From positions 19,980-83,979 of the forward strand of contig DATLFD010000050.1 in the NCBI GenBank assembly GCA_035524935.1: a stretch of DNA of 64,000 bases, read 5' to 3'. Both the position numbers and the translations under genes were made by a program. The stretch comes from Gammaproteobacteria bacterium (GTDB lineage Bacteria; Pseudomonadota; Gammaproteobacteria; Steroidobacterales; JACDCP01). A model generated the notes under the pieces. It searched no databases. It was not told the origin of the DNA and worked only from the letters and a program-made list of their open reading frames with translations. Shown here piece by piece: positions 49,081 through 59,141 of this stretch; within the stretch, counting starts at the first letter, position 1; each line of letters begins with the position of its first letter.

Positions 49081-50584
49081 GCCGGACGCGGTCACGGCGG
49101 GCGACGCGCCGGTCCAGCGACGCCCTCTGTCGTTCACATTCGCAAAGCGTCACGGCGTGCTGATCCGCGAGTACGCCGCCGATCACGCCGAGACGATCTA
49201 TCGCGACGGCGTATCGCCGGCGAGCCTCGCCGAAGTGCGCCGCTTCGCCGGCGTGCCCCTCAAGCTCATGCCCGTCAGCCGCGAGTCGTTCGACACGCTG
49301 CTGCAACAGCATTACGAAAGCGGCACCAACAAGGCCATGCAGATGGTCGAGGGCTTCGACCAGGACACCGACCTGCTCCGCGTCGCCCTGGAGCTGCCGG
49401 AACCCTCCGATCTCCTCGAGAGCGACGACGATGCGCCGATCATCCGCCTCATCAACGCCGTGCTGACCGAGGCGGTCAAGGAGAACGCCTCGGACATCCA
49501 TATCGAGCCGTTCGAGAACCGGCTGGTGGTCCGTTTCCGCGTTGACGGCGTGCTGCGCGAGGTCCTGCAGTCGCGGCGCGCGGTCGCACCTCTCGTGGTG
49601 TCGCGCATCAAGGTCATGTCGAAGCTCGACATTGCCGAGAAGCGCCTGCCGCAGGACGGCCGCATCTCGCTGCGCATCGCCGGTCGCGCGGTCGACGTAC
49701 GCGTGTCGACTCTGCCGTCCGGCCACGGCGAGCGCGTCGTGCTGCGGCTGCTCGACAAGCAGGCCGGGCGGCTCGACCTCGGTCACCTCGGCATGGAAGA
49801 CGCGACCCAGGCGACGATGGACGAGCTGATCCACAAGCCGCACGGCATCATCCTCGTCACCGGCCCGACCGGCTCGGGCAAGACCACCACGCTGTACGCG
49901 GCACTCGAGCGGATCAACGACAACAGCCGCAACATCATGACCGTCGAAGACCCGATCGAGTACTACATCGACGGTATCGGCCAGACGCAGGTGAACACCA
50001 AGGTCACCATGACCTTTGCACGCGGTCTGCGCGCGATCCTGCGCCAGGATCCCGACGTGGTCATGGTGGGCGAGATCCGCGACCTGGAGACCGCGGAAAT
50101 CGCCGTTCAGGCGAGCCTCACCGGGCATCTCGTGCTTTCCACCCTGCATACCAACACCGCGGTCGGCGCGGTCACCCGGCTGCGCGACATGGGGGTCGAG
50201 CCGTTCCTGCTGTCGTCGAGCCTGGTCGGCGTGCTGGCCCAGCGGCTGGTGCGCGTGCTGTGCAGCGACTGCCGCAAGGTCTACCAGGCCGGCAAGCGCG
50301 AGACGGATCTGCTCAATCTCGAGCCCGGCGAGCAGGCCACGCTGTACAAGCCGCAGGGTTGTGACGCCTGCAATCAGAGCGGCTATCGCGGCCGCACGGG
50401 CATTTACGAGCTGGTGGCGGTCGACGACACCATGCGCACCATGATCCATGACGGCGCGGGCGAGCATCTGCTCGAGAAACACGCGCGCGCCGCGAGCCCG
50501 AGCATCCGCGACGACGGACGCCGCAAGGTGCTCGCCGGCGTGACCACGCTGGAGGAAGTCCTGCGCGTCACGCGCGAAGATTGA
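49049..50584 (+). CDS. gspE: Type II secretion ATPase (start uncertain: 49016 or 49049)
   Basis: [31 protein letters not shown]4 motif. Confidence 0.93.
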   Translation: MTPAQTPATSEPDAVTAGDAPVQRRPLSFTFAKRHGVLIREYAADHAETIYRDGVSPASLAEVRRFAGVPLKLMPVSRESFDTLLQQHYESGTNKAMQMVEGFDQDTDLLRVALELPEPSDLLESDDDAPIIRLINAVLTEAVKENASDIHIEPFENRLVVRFRVDGVLREVLQSRRAVAPLVVSRIKVMSKLDIAEKRLPQDGRISLRIAGRAVDVRVSTLPSGHGERVVLRLLDKQAGRLDLGHLGMEDATQATMDELIHKPHGIILVTGPTGSGKTTTLYAALERINDNSRNIMTVEDPIEYYIDGIGQTQVNTKVTMTFARGLRAILRQDPDVVMVGEIRDLETAEIAVQASLTGHLVLSTLHTNTAVGAVTRLRDMGVEPFLLSSSLVGVLAQRLVRVLCSDCRKVYQAGKRETDLLNLEPGEQATLYKPQGCDACNQSGYRGRTGIYELVAVDDTMRTMIHDGAGEHLLEKHARAASPSIRDDGRRKVLAGVTTLEEVLRVTRED

Positions 50585-50610
50585 CCGTGAGGAGCATCCT
50601 CATGATTGTC

Positions 50611-50686
50611 GTAGGGCGGGTTTCAACCCGCCGATCGCCGCCGACCGAATGAATTCGGCCCTACGTAGGGCGGGTTTCAACCCGCC
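50611..50686. repeat. GTAG-type REP triplet
   Basis: GTAGGGCGGGTTTCAACCCGCC at 50611 and 50665, reversed CCGAATGAATTCGGCCCTAC ending 50664. Confidence 0.9.
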
Positions 50687-50693
50687 ATAGACA

Positions 50694-51911
50694 ATGGGCG
50701 CCTTCGAGTACACCGCGATCGATGCTGGCGGCAAGGAACGCAAGGGGGTTCTCGAGGGCGATACCGCGCGGCAGGTTCGCCAGGCGCTGCGCGATCGCGC
50801 GCTGCTGCCGCTGCAGGTCACCGAGGTGGCGCAGCGCGAGGCGAAGCGGCAGAGGCGCGGCCTGTCGTTGCGGCGCGGCATCGCCGCCATGGACCTGGCG
50901 CTGGTCACGCGGCAACTGGCGACCCTCGTGCAATCCGGCCTACCGCTCGAGGAAGCGCTGCTCGCGATCGGCGAGCAAAACGAGAAACCGCGCCTGAAGA
51001 GCATCCTGCTCGGCGTGCGCTCGCGCGTCATGGAGGGCCACAGCCTCGCCGACGGCCTGGCCGATTTCCCGCAGGCGTTTCCGGAAATCTTCCGCGCCAC
51101 AGTGGCGGCCGGCGAGCAATCAGGCCATCTCGACGCCGTGCTCGAGCGGCTCGCCGACTACACGGAAGGCCGCCAGGTGCTGCGGCAAAAGGTCGCGAAC
51201 GCACTCGTCTACCCGATCATTTTGACCCTGCTCGCGCTGCTCATCGTCAGCGGGCTGCTCGTCTACGTCGTGCCGAAGGTAGTGGGCGTATTCGAGAACA
51301 CCGGCGCCGAGCTGCCGCTGCTCACGCAGGCGCTGATCGCGACCAGCGATTTCCTGCGCGGCAACGGCATCTATCTGCTGATCCTGATTGCGGCCGGCGC
51401 ATTCGTCGCGCGCCGCGTGCTGCGCCGCGAAGACGCACGTCGCCGCTGGCACCGGTTCCTGCTGCGCGTGCCGCTCGTCGGCCGGCTGACACGCGGCGTC
51501 AACACGGCGCGCTTCACGCGCACTTTCAGCATCCTGGCCGGGAGCGGCGTGCCGGTGCTCGAGTCGCTGCGCATCGCCGGCGCGGTGGTCACCAACCTGC
51601 CGATGCGCGACGCCGTCAGCGAGGCGGCCCTGCGCGTGCGTGAGGGCGCGCCGATCGGCAAATCGATGGCCGCGAGCAAGGTGTTCCCGCCGATGACCAT
51701 CCACCTGATCTCGAGCGGCGAAGCGAGCGGCCAGCTCGAGACCATGCTGGGCCGCGCCGCGACCAATCAGGAACGCGAAATGGACGGGCTCATTGCGGCC
51801 CTGCTCGCCATCATGGAACCCGCGCTCATTATCACTATGGGCGTCGTGGTGCTGATCATCGTCATCGCCATCCTGCTGCCGATCTTCGAGCTCAACGAGC
51901 TGGTCCGCTGA
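50694..51911 (+). CDS. gspF: Type II secretion inner-membrane protein F
   Basis: TRQLATL, AGEQSGHL, ALVYP, GEASGQL, ILLPIF. Confidence 0.95.
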   Translation: MGAFEYTAIDAGGKERKGVLEGDTARQVRQALRDRALLPLQVTEVAQREAKRQRRGLSLRRGIAAMDLALVTRQLATLVQSGLPLEEALLAIGEQNEKPRLKSILLGVRSRVMEGHSLADGLADFPQAFPEIFRATVAAGEQSGHLDAVLERLADYTEGRQVLRQKVANALVYPIILTLLALLIVSGLLVYVVPKVVGVFENTGAELPLLTQALIATSDFLRGNGIYLLILIAAGAFVARRVLRREDARRRWHRFLLRVPLVGRLTRGVNTARFTRTFSILAGSGVPVLESLRIAGAVVTNLPMRDAVSEAALRVREGAPIGKSMAASKVFPPMTIHLISSGEASGQLETMLGRAATNQEREMDGLIAALLAIMEPALIITMGVVVLIIVIAILLPIFELNELVR

Positions 51912-51996
51912 CCCGTTCCCCGGTCCGCCGCGCGCCACTCTGGCGCCTGCCGGCGGGGCGCGAATTCGTCGTCTCGCATTTGTGTGAGATCGCCTA

Positions 51997-52025
51997 TTGC
52001 CATGACGGATGTTTGGCTTTATAAG
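51997..52025 (+). promoter_or_regulatory. Candidate sigma70 promoter for the small acidic protein
   Basis: TTGCCA-N17-TATAAG; imperfect palindrome TCTCGCATTTGTGTGAGA just upstream. Confidence 0.5.
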
Positions 52026-52102
52026 GGCGCCAACGCAGTCTTCCCTGTCCGCGCGGCGAATGCCGCAGCCGGCTTCGTTCAGCAACTGCTCGAGCGGACG
52101 AT

Positions 52103-52327
52103 ATGGGCGATGAGTCAGAATCGGATGCCTACGAAGACGACGACATCGACGACATCGTAGAGGATCCTGAAGTCCTGGATATCGATCACCTGATCGACGA
52201 TCTGGAATCCCGTGCGCGACTGCGCAACAGGCGCGACGAGCCGGCCTGGCGCCGTCTCGAAAAGTACCTCGAGGAAAAACGCTGCCGCGAGGACATTGCG
52301 GACTTCGAGGATTTCGAGCTCGAATAG
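52103..52327 (+). CDS. Small acidic hypothetical protein
   Basis: 74 aa, host-like codon use, WRRLEKYLEEKRCREDIADF helix-like segment. Confidence 0.7.
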   Translation: MGDESESDAYEDDDIDDIVEDPEVLDIDHLIDDLESRARLRNRRDEPAWRRLEKYLEEKRCREDIADFEDFELE

Positions 52328-52373
52328 CCGGGCGCGGGTCTCCCCCCCGACGCATGCCCCGAAGCCCCTGGCA

Positions 52374-52943
52374 GTGCCCCCGCACATCGAGAGCGACAAG
52401 ATCGTCAATTTGACCTTTGCGCAGTTCGGGAAGCACTATGCCGGTGCACCAAATAACTATGTCTATATTTATGCCGTGCGCGTCAAATATGATTCTGGCT
52501 TGGTGATTCAGAAACCGGGCGAGATCGTTCTCATGCGCGTAGCAAAGACGAAACTCAAAAACGGAAACGCTTACCGTTTCATTGCGGGCATGGACGGCTC
52601 GATGCCGATCTGGCGTGCAAACATAGCTGAGATCGCGCCCGTGTTCGAAGACTCCAACGGCGTCGGCTGGACGGTGAGCGTGAGCCACAACCAGGGGCTC
52701 AATAGATACATGCTGGTGACGGAACACGATGTCAGCGGCGAAGGCCAGATAGGAATTCACGAAGCCCCCAAGCCATGGGGCCCGTGGCGGACTGCCTTGT
52801 ATACAAACCAGGGCGGAGCCGCCGATACCGCGTTCTTCTGGAATTTCTCGAACAAATGGACCAACGGGCGAGACTTCAATTTGATGTTCACGGGCTGGGA
52901 CGCGGTCGATTCTTTCAACAGCGTTGAGGGACACTTCGATTAG
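52374..52943 (+). pseudogene. C-terminal part of a DUF4185-like beta-propeller protein (likely 5'-truncated)
   Basis: TFAQFGK..A...YVYIY, SVSHNQGLNRY, EAPKPWGPW; lower GC; no clear RBS or signal peptide. Confidence 0.55.
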
Positions 52944-52968
52944 GGGCGGTTTGTACAGCGTGTAACTT

Positions 52969-53002
52969 CGACGCCCGCCCTCCGGCGGGCGTCGTTTTTT
53001 TT
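52969..53002 (+). terminator. Rho-independent terminator
   Basis: CGACGCCCGCC-CTCC-GGCGGGCGTCG followed by T8. Confidence 0.88.
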
Positions 53003-53070
53003 GGGACCTCGACTCTCCGTGGAAAGGAGTGCACGAAACGGCACGGTCCGGACGCGGGCTGCGATGAGTC

Positions 53071-56000
53071 TCAGCGGAAATCGCGCGCCGGCGCGACCAG
53101 GCCGCCGAGCAGCCCGCTCAGGTCCTCGAGCCGCTCCGCGATCACGTGCAGCACTTCCCCTTCGCGCTGCAGCCGGCCGTGCACGCCGAGCAGGCGCGCG
53201 CCGAGCAGCGCGCGCCGCTGACGGGCTGCGACCGTGCGCCAGACGATCAGGTTCACGTGCCCGCTCTCGTCCTCCAGGGTGACGAAGGTGACGCCGCCGG
53301 CCGTGCCCGGCCGCTGTCGGGTGATGACCAGCCCGGCGGCATGCACCTGCTCGCCGTTCGGTAACTGCCACAGCCGGGCTGCGCCGACGATGCCCTTCGC
53401 CGTCAGCCGCTCCCGGAGCAGGGCGAGGGGATGGCGCCGCAAGGTGAGGCCGGTGCTCGAGTAATCCGCGACGATGTCCTCGCCCTCGCTCGGGCGTGCG
53501 AGCATCGGCTCGCCCTCCGCCATGACGATGCGCGGCAGCAGCCGTGTCGGCGGCTCCACGCCCGCCACGGCCCAGCGTGCCCGGTGCCGGTGGCCGGCGA
53601 GGCTCGCCAGGGCGCCGGCCGCCGCCAGCGCGCCCAGCTCGCCCCGATCGAGGCCCGCGCGCTCGGCCAGGTCCTGGGTGCCGGTGAAGGCCCCGCCGGT
53701 CCGCGCGGCGACCAGCCGCCCGGCCGCGGCCTCGCCGAATCCCCTGATGACGCGCAAGCCGAGCCGGAGCGCGGCGGCGCCGTCATCGCGACGCTCCAGC
53801 GTCGATTCCCATGCGCTCACGCGCACGTCGGTCGCGCGTACCTCGACCCCGGCGCGGCGAGCGGCGCCGACGAGCTGCGCGGGTGCGTAGAAGCCCATCG
53901 GCTGACTGTTGAGCAGCGCGGCGAAAAACGCCGCCGGCTCGTGGCGCTTGAGCCAGGCGGAGACGTACACCAGCAGCGCGAAGCTCGCCGCATGGGACTC
54001 GGGAAAGCCGTATTCGCCGAAGCCCTGGATCTGGCGGAAGATGCGCTCGGCATACTCGCGGGGATAGCCGCGCTCGCGCATGCCGCGGATGAGCTTGTCC
54101 TCGAAATGCCCGAGGCTGCCTCGCCGGCGCCATGCCGCCATGGCGCGGCGCAGGCTGTCCGCCTCGCCCGCCGTGAAACCCGCCGCCACCATGGCCAGGT
54201 GCATGACCTGTTCCTGGAAGATGGGTACGCCGAGCGTGCGCTCGAGCACGCCCCTGACCGCTTCGCTCGGATAATCGACGGGCTCCTCGCGGCTGCGCCG
54301 GCGCAGGTACGGGTGAACCATGTCGCCCTGGATCGGCCCCGGCCGGACGATGGCGACCTCGATGACGAGATCGTAATAGGAGCGCGGCTTGAGGCGCGGC
54401 AGCATGGACATCTGCGCGCGCGATTCGATCTGGAACACGCCGACCGTATCGGCCGCGCAGATCATGTCGTAGACCGCCGGGTCCTCGGCGGGCACGCCGG
54501 CGAGCGTGAGCTCGCGGCCGCTGAATCCGCGCACCAGCTCGAAGCTGCGGCGGATGGCGGACAGCATGCCGAGGCCCAGCACGTCCACCTTGAGCAGGCC
54601 GAGATCCTCGAGATCGTCCTTGTCCCACTGGATGACGGTGCGTTCCGGCATGGCCGCGTTCTCGACGGGCACCAGCTGAGGCAGCGGACCGGCGGAGATC
54701 ACGAAGCCGCCGACGTGCTGCGACAGATGGCGGGGGAAGCCGATCAGGCATTCGACGAGGGCGACGAGCCGGGCGATCACCGGGCTCGCGGGATCGAGCC
54801 CGGCCTCGCGGATGCGCGCCCCGTCGACGCGCGCGCCGTCCCACCACTGGGTCGCGCGCGCCAGCCGCTCGATCTGCGCGGCGGCCAGGCCGAGCGCCTT
54901 GCCCACGTCGCGCACCGCGCTGCGCGGCCGGTAGCAGATGACGGTCGCGGCCAGCGCGGCGCGGTCGCGACCGTACCTGGCGTACAGATACTGGATGACC
55001 TCCTCGCGCCGGTCGTGCTCGAAATCGACGTCGATGTCCGGCGGCTCGTTGCGCTCCCGCGAGATGAAGCGTTCCATGAGCAGCGACATGCGCGCCGGAT
55101 CGACCGCGGTGATGCCGAGGCAATAGCAGACGGCGGAATTCGCGGCCGAGCCGCGGCCCTGGCAGAGGATGCCGCGGCTGCGCGCGAAACGGACGATGTC
55201 GTGCACGGTGAGAAAGTAGGGCTCGTAGGCGAGATCGCCGATGAGCTCGAGCTCGTGCTCGATGAGCCGCCGCACCGTCGCGGGCACGCCGTCCGGCCAG
55301 CGCTGCCGCGCGCCTTCCTCCGTCAGCCGGCGCAGGTACCCGGCCGGCGTCTCCCCCTCGGGCACGACTTCGCGCGGGTATTCGTAACGCAGGTCGTCTA
55401 AGGAGAAGGTGCAGCGCGCGGCGATCGCGACGCTGGCATCGAGCAGCGCGGCAGGATAAATGCGCTTGAGCCGCGCACGGGAGCGCAGGTGCCGCTCGCC
55501 GCTCGCGTGCAGGGCGAAGCCGGCCTCGTGCAAGGTCGTCTTGAGCCGGATGGCGGTGAGCACGTCCTGCAGCGCGCGGCGGCCGCGCACGTGCATGTGC
55601 ACGTCACCGCTCGCGACGCACGGCAGGCCGAGCGCCCCGCCGAGCCTTTCGAGCTCGAGCCGGCGCCGCCGGTCGTCGCCTTCCGCGAGCAGCTCGACGG
55701 CGATCCACAGGCGGTCCCCGAAAATGCCGGCGAGCCGCCTGCCGTCACGTTCGGGATCCTCGCGCGGCGGGACCCAGAGCACGAGGCAGCCCGGCAGGCC
55801 GTCGGCGACGTCGGCCGTGGTCAGCGCATATTCGCCCTTGGGCGCGGCCCGGCGGGCCGCGGTGATGAGCTCGCTCAGGCGGCCGTAGGCCGGCCGGTCG
55901 GGCGCGAGCACCACGAGGTGCGGGCCGTCGCTCAAGTGAAGCTCGCTGCCGATAATGAGCTTGAGCCCGCGCTCCTTCGCCGCCGTGTGCGCCCGCACCA

Positions 56001-56169
56001 CGCCGGCCAGCGAGCACTCGTCGGTTATCGCGAGCGCCGCATAGCCGAGCCCGGCGGCGCGCGCCACCAGCTCCTCGGGCTGCGAGGCGCCGCGCAGGAA
56101 GCTGAAGCTCGTGATGCAATGGAGCTCGGCGTAGGGGACATTCCTGATTTTTTTAACCGCTGCCTGCAC
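53071..56169 (-). CDS. dnaE2: Error-prone DNA polymerase DnaE2 (ImuC)
   Basis: YAELHC..FSFL, GRGSAANS, PDIDVDFEH, GFPESHA, C-terminal ARDFR; GTG start. Confidence 0.95.
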   Translation of the reverse strand: MQAAVKKIRNVPYAELHCITSFSFLRGASQPEELVARAAGLGYAALAITDECSLAGVVRAHTAAKERGLKLIIGSELHLSDGPHLVVLAPDRPAYGRLSELITAARRAAPKGEYALTTADVADGLPGCLVLWVPPREDPERDGRRLAGIFGDRLWIAVELLAEGDDRRRRLELERLGGALGLPCVASGDVHMHVRGRRALQDVLTAIRLKTTLHEAGFALHASGERHLRSRARLKRIYPAALLDASVAIAARCTFSLDDLRYEYPREVVPEGETPAGYLRRLTEEGARQRWPDGVPATVRRLIEHELELIGDLAYEPYFLTVHDIVRFARSRGILCQGRGSAANSAVCYCLGITAVDPARMSLLMERFISRERNEPPDIDVDFEHDRREEVIQYLYARYGRDRAALAATVICYRPRSAVRDVGKALGLAAAQIERLARATQWWDGARVDGARIREAGLDPASPVIARLVALVECLIGFPRHLSQHVGGFVISAGPLPQLVPVENAAMPERTVIQWDKDDLEDLGLLKVDVLGLGMLSAIRRSFELVRGFSGRELTLAGVPAEDPAVYDMICAADTVGVFQIESRAQMSMLPRLKPRSYYDLVIEVAIVRPGPIQGDMVHPYLRRRSREEPVDYPSEAVRGVLERTLGVPIFQEQVMHLAMVAAGFTAGEADSLRRAMAAWRRRGSLGHFEDKLIRGMRERGYPREYAERIFRQIQGFGEYGFPESHAASFALLVYVSAWLKRHEPAAFFAALLNSQPMGFYAPAQLVGAARRAGVEVRATDVRVSAWESTLERRDDGAAALRLGLRVIRGFGEAAAGRLVAARTGGAFTGTQDLAERAGLDRGELGALAAAGALASLAGHRHRARWAVAGVEPPTRLLPRIVMAEGEPMLARPSEGEDIVADYSSTGLTLRRHPLALLRERLTAKGIVGAARLWQLPNGEQVHAAGLVITRQRPGTAGGVTFVTLEDESGHVNLIVWRTVAARQRRALLGARLLGVHGRLQREGEVLHVIAERLEDLSGLLGGLVAPARDFR

Positions 56170-56209
56170 GGCTTACGAAGACACGCCGGAAAAAATCAGG
56201 AATGTCCCC
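56134..56209. repeat. GGGGACATTCCTGATTT-family element (20-bp inverted repeat) spanning the dnaE2 start
   Basis: Arms 56134-56153 and 56190-56209. Confidence 0.9.
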
Positions 56210-56212
56210 ATT

Positions 56213-57892
56213 TCAGCCGAAAATGCCATGCAGGAACCAGGGACGCCGGCCGCGGCGCTGGCGGAATATCCACAGGCGCATGCCGCGCGGGTTGGTCGCC
56301 ACATAGTAGTCGCGCGCCACGTCGCGGCCGTCCCACCAGCCCGTCTCGATGCGCTCCGGTCCGCTCTCGACGGTAAGGGCGCCGCGATAGCACGGCTGGC
56401 CCTGCCGCCGCGGCAGGCGCTGCGGCTCGGCCAGCATCCAGAGCGGCCGGGAAATAGGGACATTCCTGATTTTCGGGGAAATAGGGACATTCCTGATTTT
56501 CGTAAAACGAAAATCAGGAATGTCCCTATTTCCCCCATTTCCCCCGAGGCCGGTGCGACGCCAGGCGGTCTCGGGACGGTGGTCGGGAAGCAGACAGAGG
56601 CCGTGCACCGCTTCCTCGCCGAGCCGTGCACGCAGGCGCTCGACGAGCCTCGGCAGCCGCAAGCCGGGCTGGCGCGGTGCGTGCAGCAGCCGGTCGGACG
56701 GCGGCAGGGACTGCACGGCACCGGAACACAGGCGCACGCCGAGCACCGGCGCGGGCAGCGCCAGGCGCTCCAGCCGCCCGGCGAGCAGCTCGCGCAGGTG
56801 GGCGGGATCGCGGCTCGGTGCGCTCAGTCCGAGGCGCAGCGAGCTGGCGGCGCGATCGGCATGCGCGAATTCGAGCTCGAGGCTCTGCACGCCGCCTTGC
56901 CGCGTTTCGAGAAAGCCGCCGAGCGCATCCAGCAGACGGGCAGCGGCATCGAGCAGGCGGGGCGCCTCGCGGATTTCGCCGGCCAGCTCGAGCCCGGCGG
57001 CGAAGCGCGGCGGCGCCCTGAACGGGATGCGCGGGTCCGGGCTGCGTCCGAGCGCGCGATCCAGCTCGGCGAGCAGGTGAGGCCCGAAGCGGCGCGCGAA
57101 ACCGTCGCGCGGCAGGCGCAGGCAATCTCGCACCCGCCGCAGACCCATTGCGCTCAAGTCCGCCAGCGTCTTCGCCGGCCAGCCCAGGCAGGCGAGCGGC
57201 AGCCGGCCGACCCGGCCGGCCAGCAGATGGGCCTCGCCCACCGCATCCGGATCTCCCGCGCGCGCGAGCCACAGCGCGGCCAGCGGTGTGGGCGCGATGC
57301 CCTGCTGCGCCCTGTGCCCGAGCGCCGCGAGGCCGCGGCCGACCTCCTCGCGGAACGCGCGGAGACCCCCGAAAAGACGCAGGCTCCCGCGCGCCTCGAG
57401 CAACAGGCCGGCGGGCGGCTCGAGGCTGACCGCGGAGGTGAAGCGGCCGGCCCAGACCGCGAGCCGCTCGAGGGCCTCCTGCTCGGCGTGCCCGTTGCGC
57501 TCGAGGATCTCGAGCGCGGGCGCAAGCGCCTGGGCCGCCGTCAGCGGCTGTCCCGCCCCGACGCCGTGGCGGACAGCGCACTCATTGACCGCGACGACGA
57601 GCTGCCGGCTGCCCTCCTGCTCGACGACCGCCAGCGGACCTTCACCCGCGGCGTCGGGAAAAACCTCGAGCGGCAGCGAAGGCAGATGAATCGCGAGCCA
57701 CAGCGGCGCCGGCCGGCTCCGCCGTGTCGTAAAGCGCGCGGCAGCGCCCGGGCTTCCAGCCTCGTTTCGACCCCGCGAGTATCGGGGAGCGACTCGAAAC
57801 GAATCCGGAAGCCCGGCCGTTACGGTCGACCCCGGCGGCGGCACCGCCGCCGCCTCGGGAAAAAGAGGCAGGGATCGCTCCAGGGGCGCCAT
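56213..57892 (-). CDS. imuB: Y-family polymerase-like ImuB
   Basis: LWLAIHLP, FTSAVS, GIAPTPLAA, DHRPE, GPERIETGWWD, RDYY, WFLHGIFG. Confidence 0.92.
   Translation of the reverse strand: MAPLERSLPLFPEAAAVPPPGSTVTAGLPDSFRVAPRYSRGRNEAGSPGAAARFTTRRSRPAPLWLAIHLPSLPLEVFPDAAGEGPLAVVEQEGSRQLVVAVNECAVRHGVGAGQPLTAAQALAPALEILERNGHAEQEALERLAVWAGRFTSAVSLEPPAGLLLEARGSLRLFGGLRAFREEVGRGLAALGHRAQQGIAPTPLAALWLARAGDPDAVGEAHLLAGRVGRLPLACLGWPAKTLADLSAMGLRRVRDCLRLPRDGFARRFGPHLLAELDRALGRSPDPRIPFRAPPRFAAGLELAGEIREAPRLLDAAARLLDALGGFLETRQGGVQSLELEFAHADRAASSLRLGLSAPSRDPAHLRELLAGRLERLALPAPVLGVRLCSGAVQSLPPSDRLLHAPRQPGLRLPRLVERLRARLGEEAVHGLCLLPDHRPETAWRRTGLGGNGGNRDIPDFRFTKIRNVPISPKIRNVPISRPLWMLAEPQRLPRRQGQPCYRGALTVESGPERIETGWWDGRDVARDYYVATNPRGMRLWIFRQRRGRRPWFLHGIFG
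56449..56534. repeat. GGGACATTCCTGATTT-family composite element inside imuB, in frame
   Basis: GGGAAATAGGGACATTCCTGATTTTCG at 56449-56475 and 56476-56502, reverse complement at 56508-56534. Confidence 0.93.
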
Positions 57893-58534
57893 TCATTCGA
57901 AGCGCGGTATCGCGACGGCGAAAGGCCGCGCGCCCCGGCATTTGAGAACGTCGATGCGCAAGCCCGGCGGCTCGGGCGTCACGCTCAGGCGCAGGGCGGC
58001 CGGCGAGGCTTCCCCGCGGCAGCGCAACGGCCGGAACAGCACGCAGCAGACGGCAGCCTCCTCCGCGGCGAGCTGCAGGCGTCTCAGCTGGGGCGGGTCC
58101 GCCTGCTCCGCCCAGCCGAGCACCGCCGCGCAGGTGCCTGACCGCAGGGCCTGCTCCATGACCCAGAAACCGTCCTTGCCGGGCTTCACGAACAGCAGAC
58201 GCGACAGATTCACGCCATGTCCGCTCAGGGCCGGCGCATAGGGCTGATAGGGCGCCCCCACCCAGGCGATCCATTGCTGTCCCCCGCTCAGGCTCACGAG
58301 CGCCGGCATCAGCAGGCCGAGCTCACCCAGGCCCCAGTCCTCGGTCAGGATTTCGATGAGTGCGTTGCCCGGCCAGCCGCCGCCCGGCAGCCGCTCATCG
58401 AGCGCCGCATGCCCGGTGGCTACGGCACCGGCGAGCGGCAGGGTCTCTCCACCCCGCCAGACCCGCCCGCTGCCGAGCAGCTCGTCGAGGGGGCCGCCGG
58501 CTTGCCCGTCAGTGGGTGTCGCGCGCGATCCCAT
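57893..58534 (-). CDS. imuA: Translesion synthesis accessory protein ImuA
   Basis: [43 protein letters not shown]. Confidence 0.92.
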   Translation of the reverse strand: MGSRATPTDGQAGGPLDELLGSGRVWRGGETLPLAGAVATGHAALDERLPGGGWPGNALIEILTEDWGLGELGLLMPALVSLSGGQQWIAWVGAPYQPYAPALSGHGVNLSRLLFVKPGKDGFWVMEQALRSGTCAAVLGWAEQADPPQLRRLQLAAEEAAVCCVLFRPLRCRGEASPAALRLSVTPEPPGLRIDVLKCRGARPFAVAIPRFE

Positions 58535-59132
58535 TGCGCAGCACGCCGACGACGATGCCCTCGATGATCAGCGGCTGCGCCTGCAGGTTGACGCGGATAG
58601 GCGCGAAATCCGGATTCTCGGGCATGAGCCAGACCAGATGGCCTTCCTGCCGGTACCGCTTCACGGTCACCTCGTCATCGAGCCGCGCGACCACGATCTG
58701 GCGGTTGCGCACCTCCGGCGTGCGATGCACCGCGACCAGGTCGCCGTCCAGGATGCCGACATCCCGCATGCTCATGCCCCGCACCTGCAGCAGGTAGTGC
58801 GGCCGGGGCTCAAACAAGGTGGGGTCGATCTGATAGCGCGCCTCGATGTGCTCCTCGGCGAGGATCGGGCTGCCGGCGGCGACGCGGCCGATCAACGGCA
58901 GGCCGAGCTGCTCGCGCAGCGAATCCTTGAGCTGGATGCCGCGCGAGGTGCCGGGAATGAGGCGGATGGCGCCCTTGCGCTCGAGCGCGCGCAGGTGCTC
59001 TTCGGCCGAGTTGGCGGAGCGGAAACCCAGCGCGCCGGCGATTTCCGCACGCGTCGGCGGCAGGCCGGTGTCGGCAATGACCTTGCGAATGAGTGCCAGA
59101 ACTTCGGTCTGGCGCGGGGTGAGATTCGTCAT
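58509..59132 (-). CDS. lexA: SOS repressor LexA
   Basis: [20 protein letters not shown], cleavage site VAAG, catalytic GMSM and VTVKR. Confidence 0.96.
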   Translation of the reverse strand: MTNLTPRQTEVLALIRKVIADTGLPPTRAEIAGALGFRSANSAEEHLRALERKGAIRLIPGTSRGIQLKDSLREQLGLPLIGRVAAGSPILAEEHIEARYQIDPTLFEPRPHYLLQVRGMSMRDVGILDGDLVAVHRTPEVRNRQIVVARLDDEVTVKRYRQEGHLVWLMPENPDFAPIRVNLQAQPLIIEGIVVGVLRNGIARDTH

Positions 59133-59141
59133 GGCATGTCC

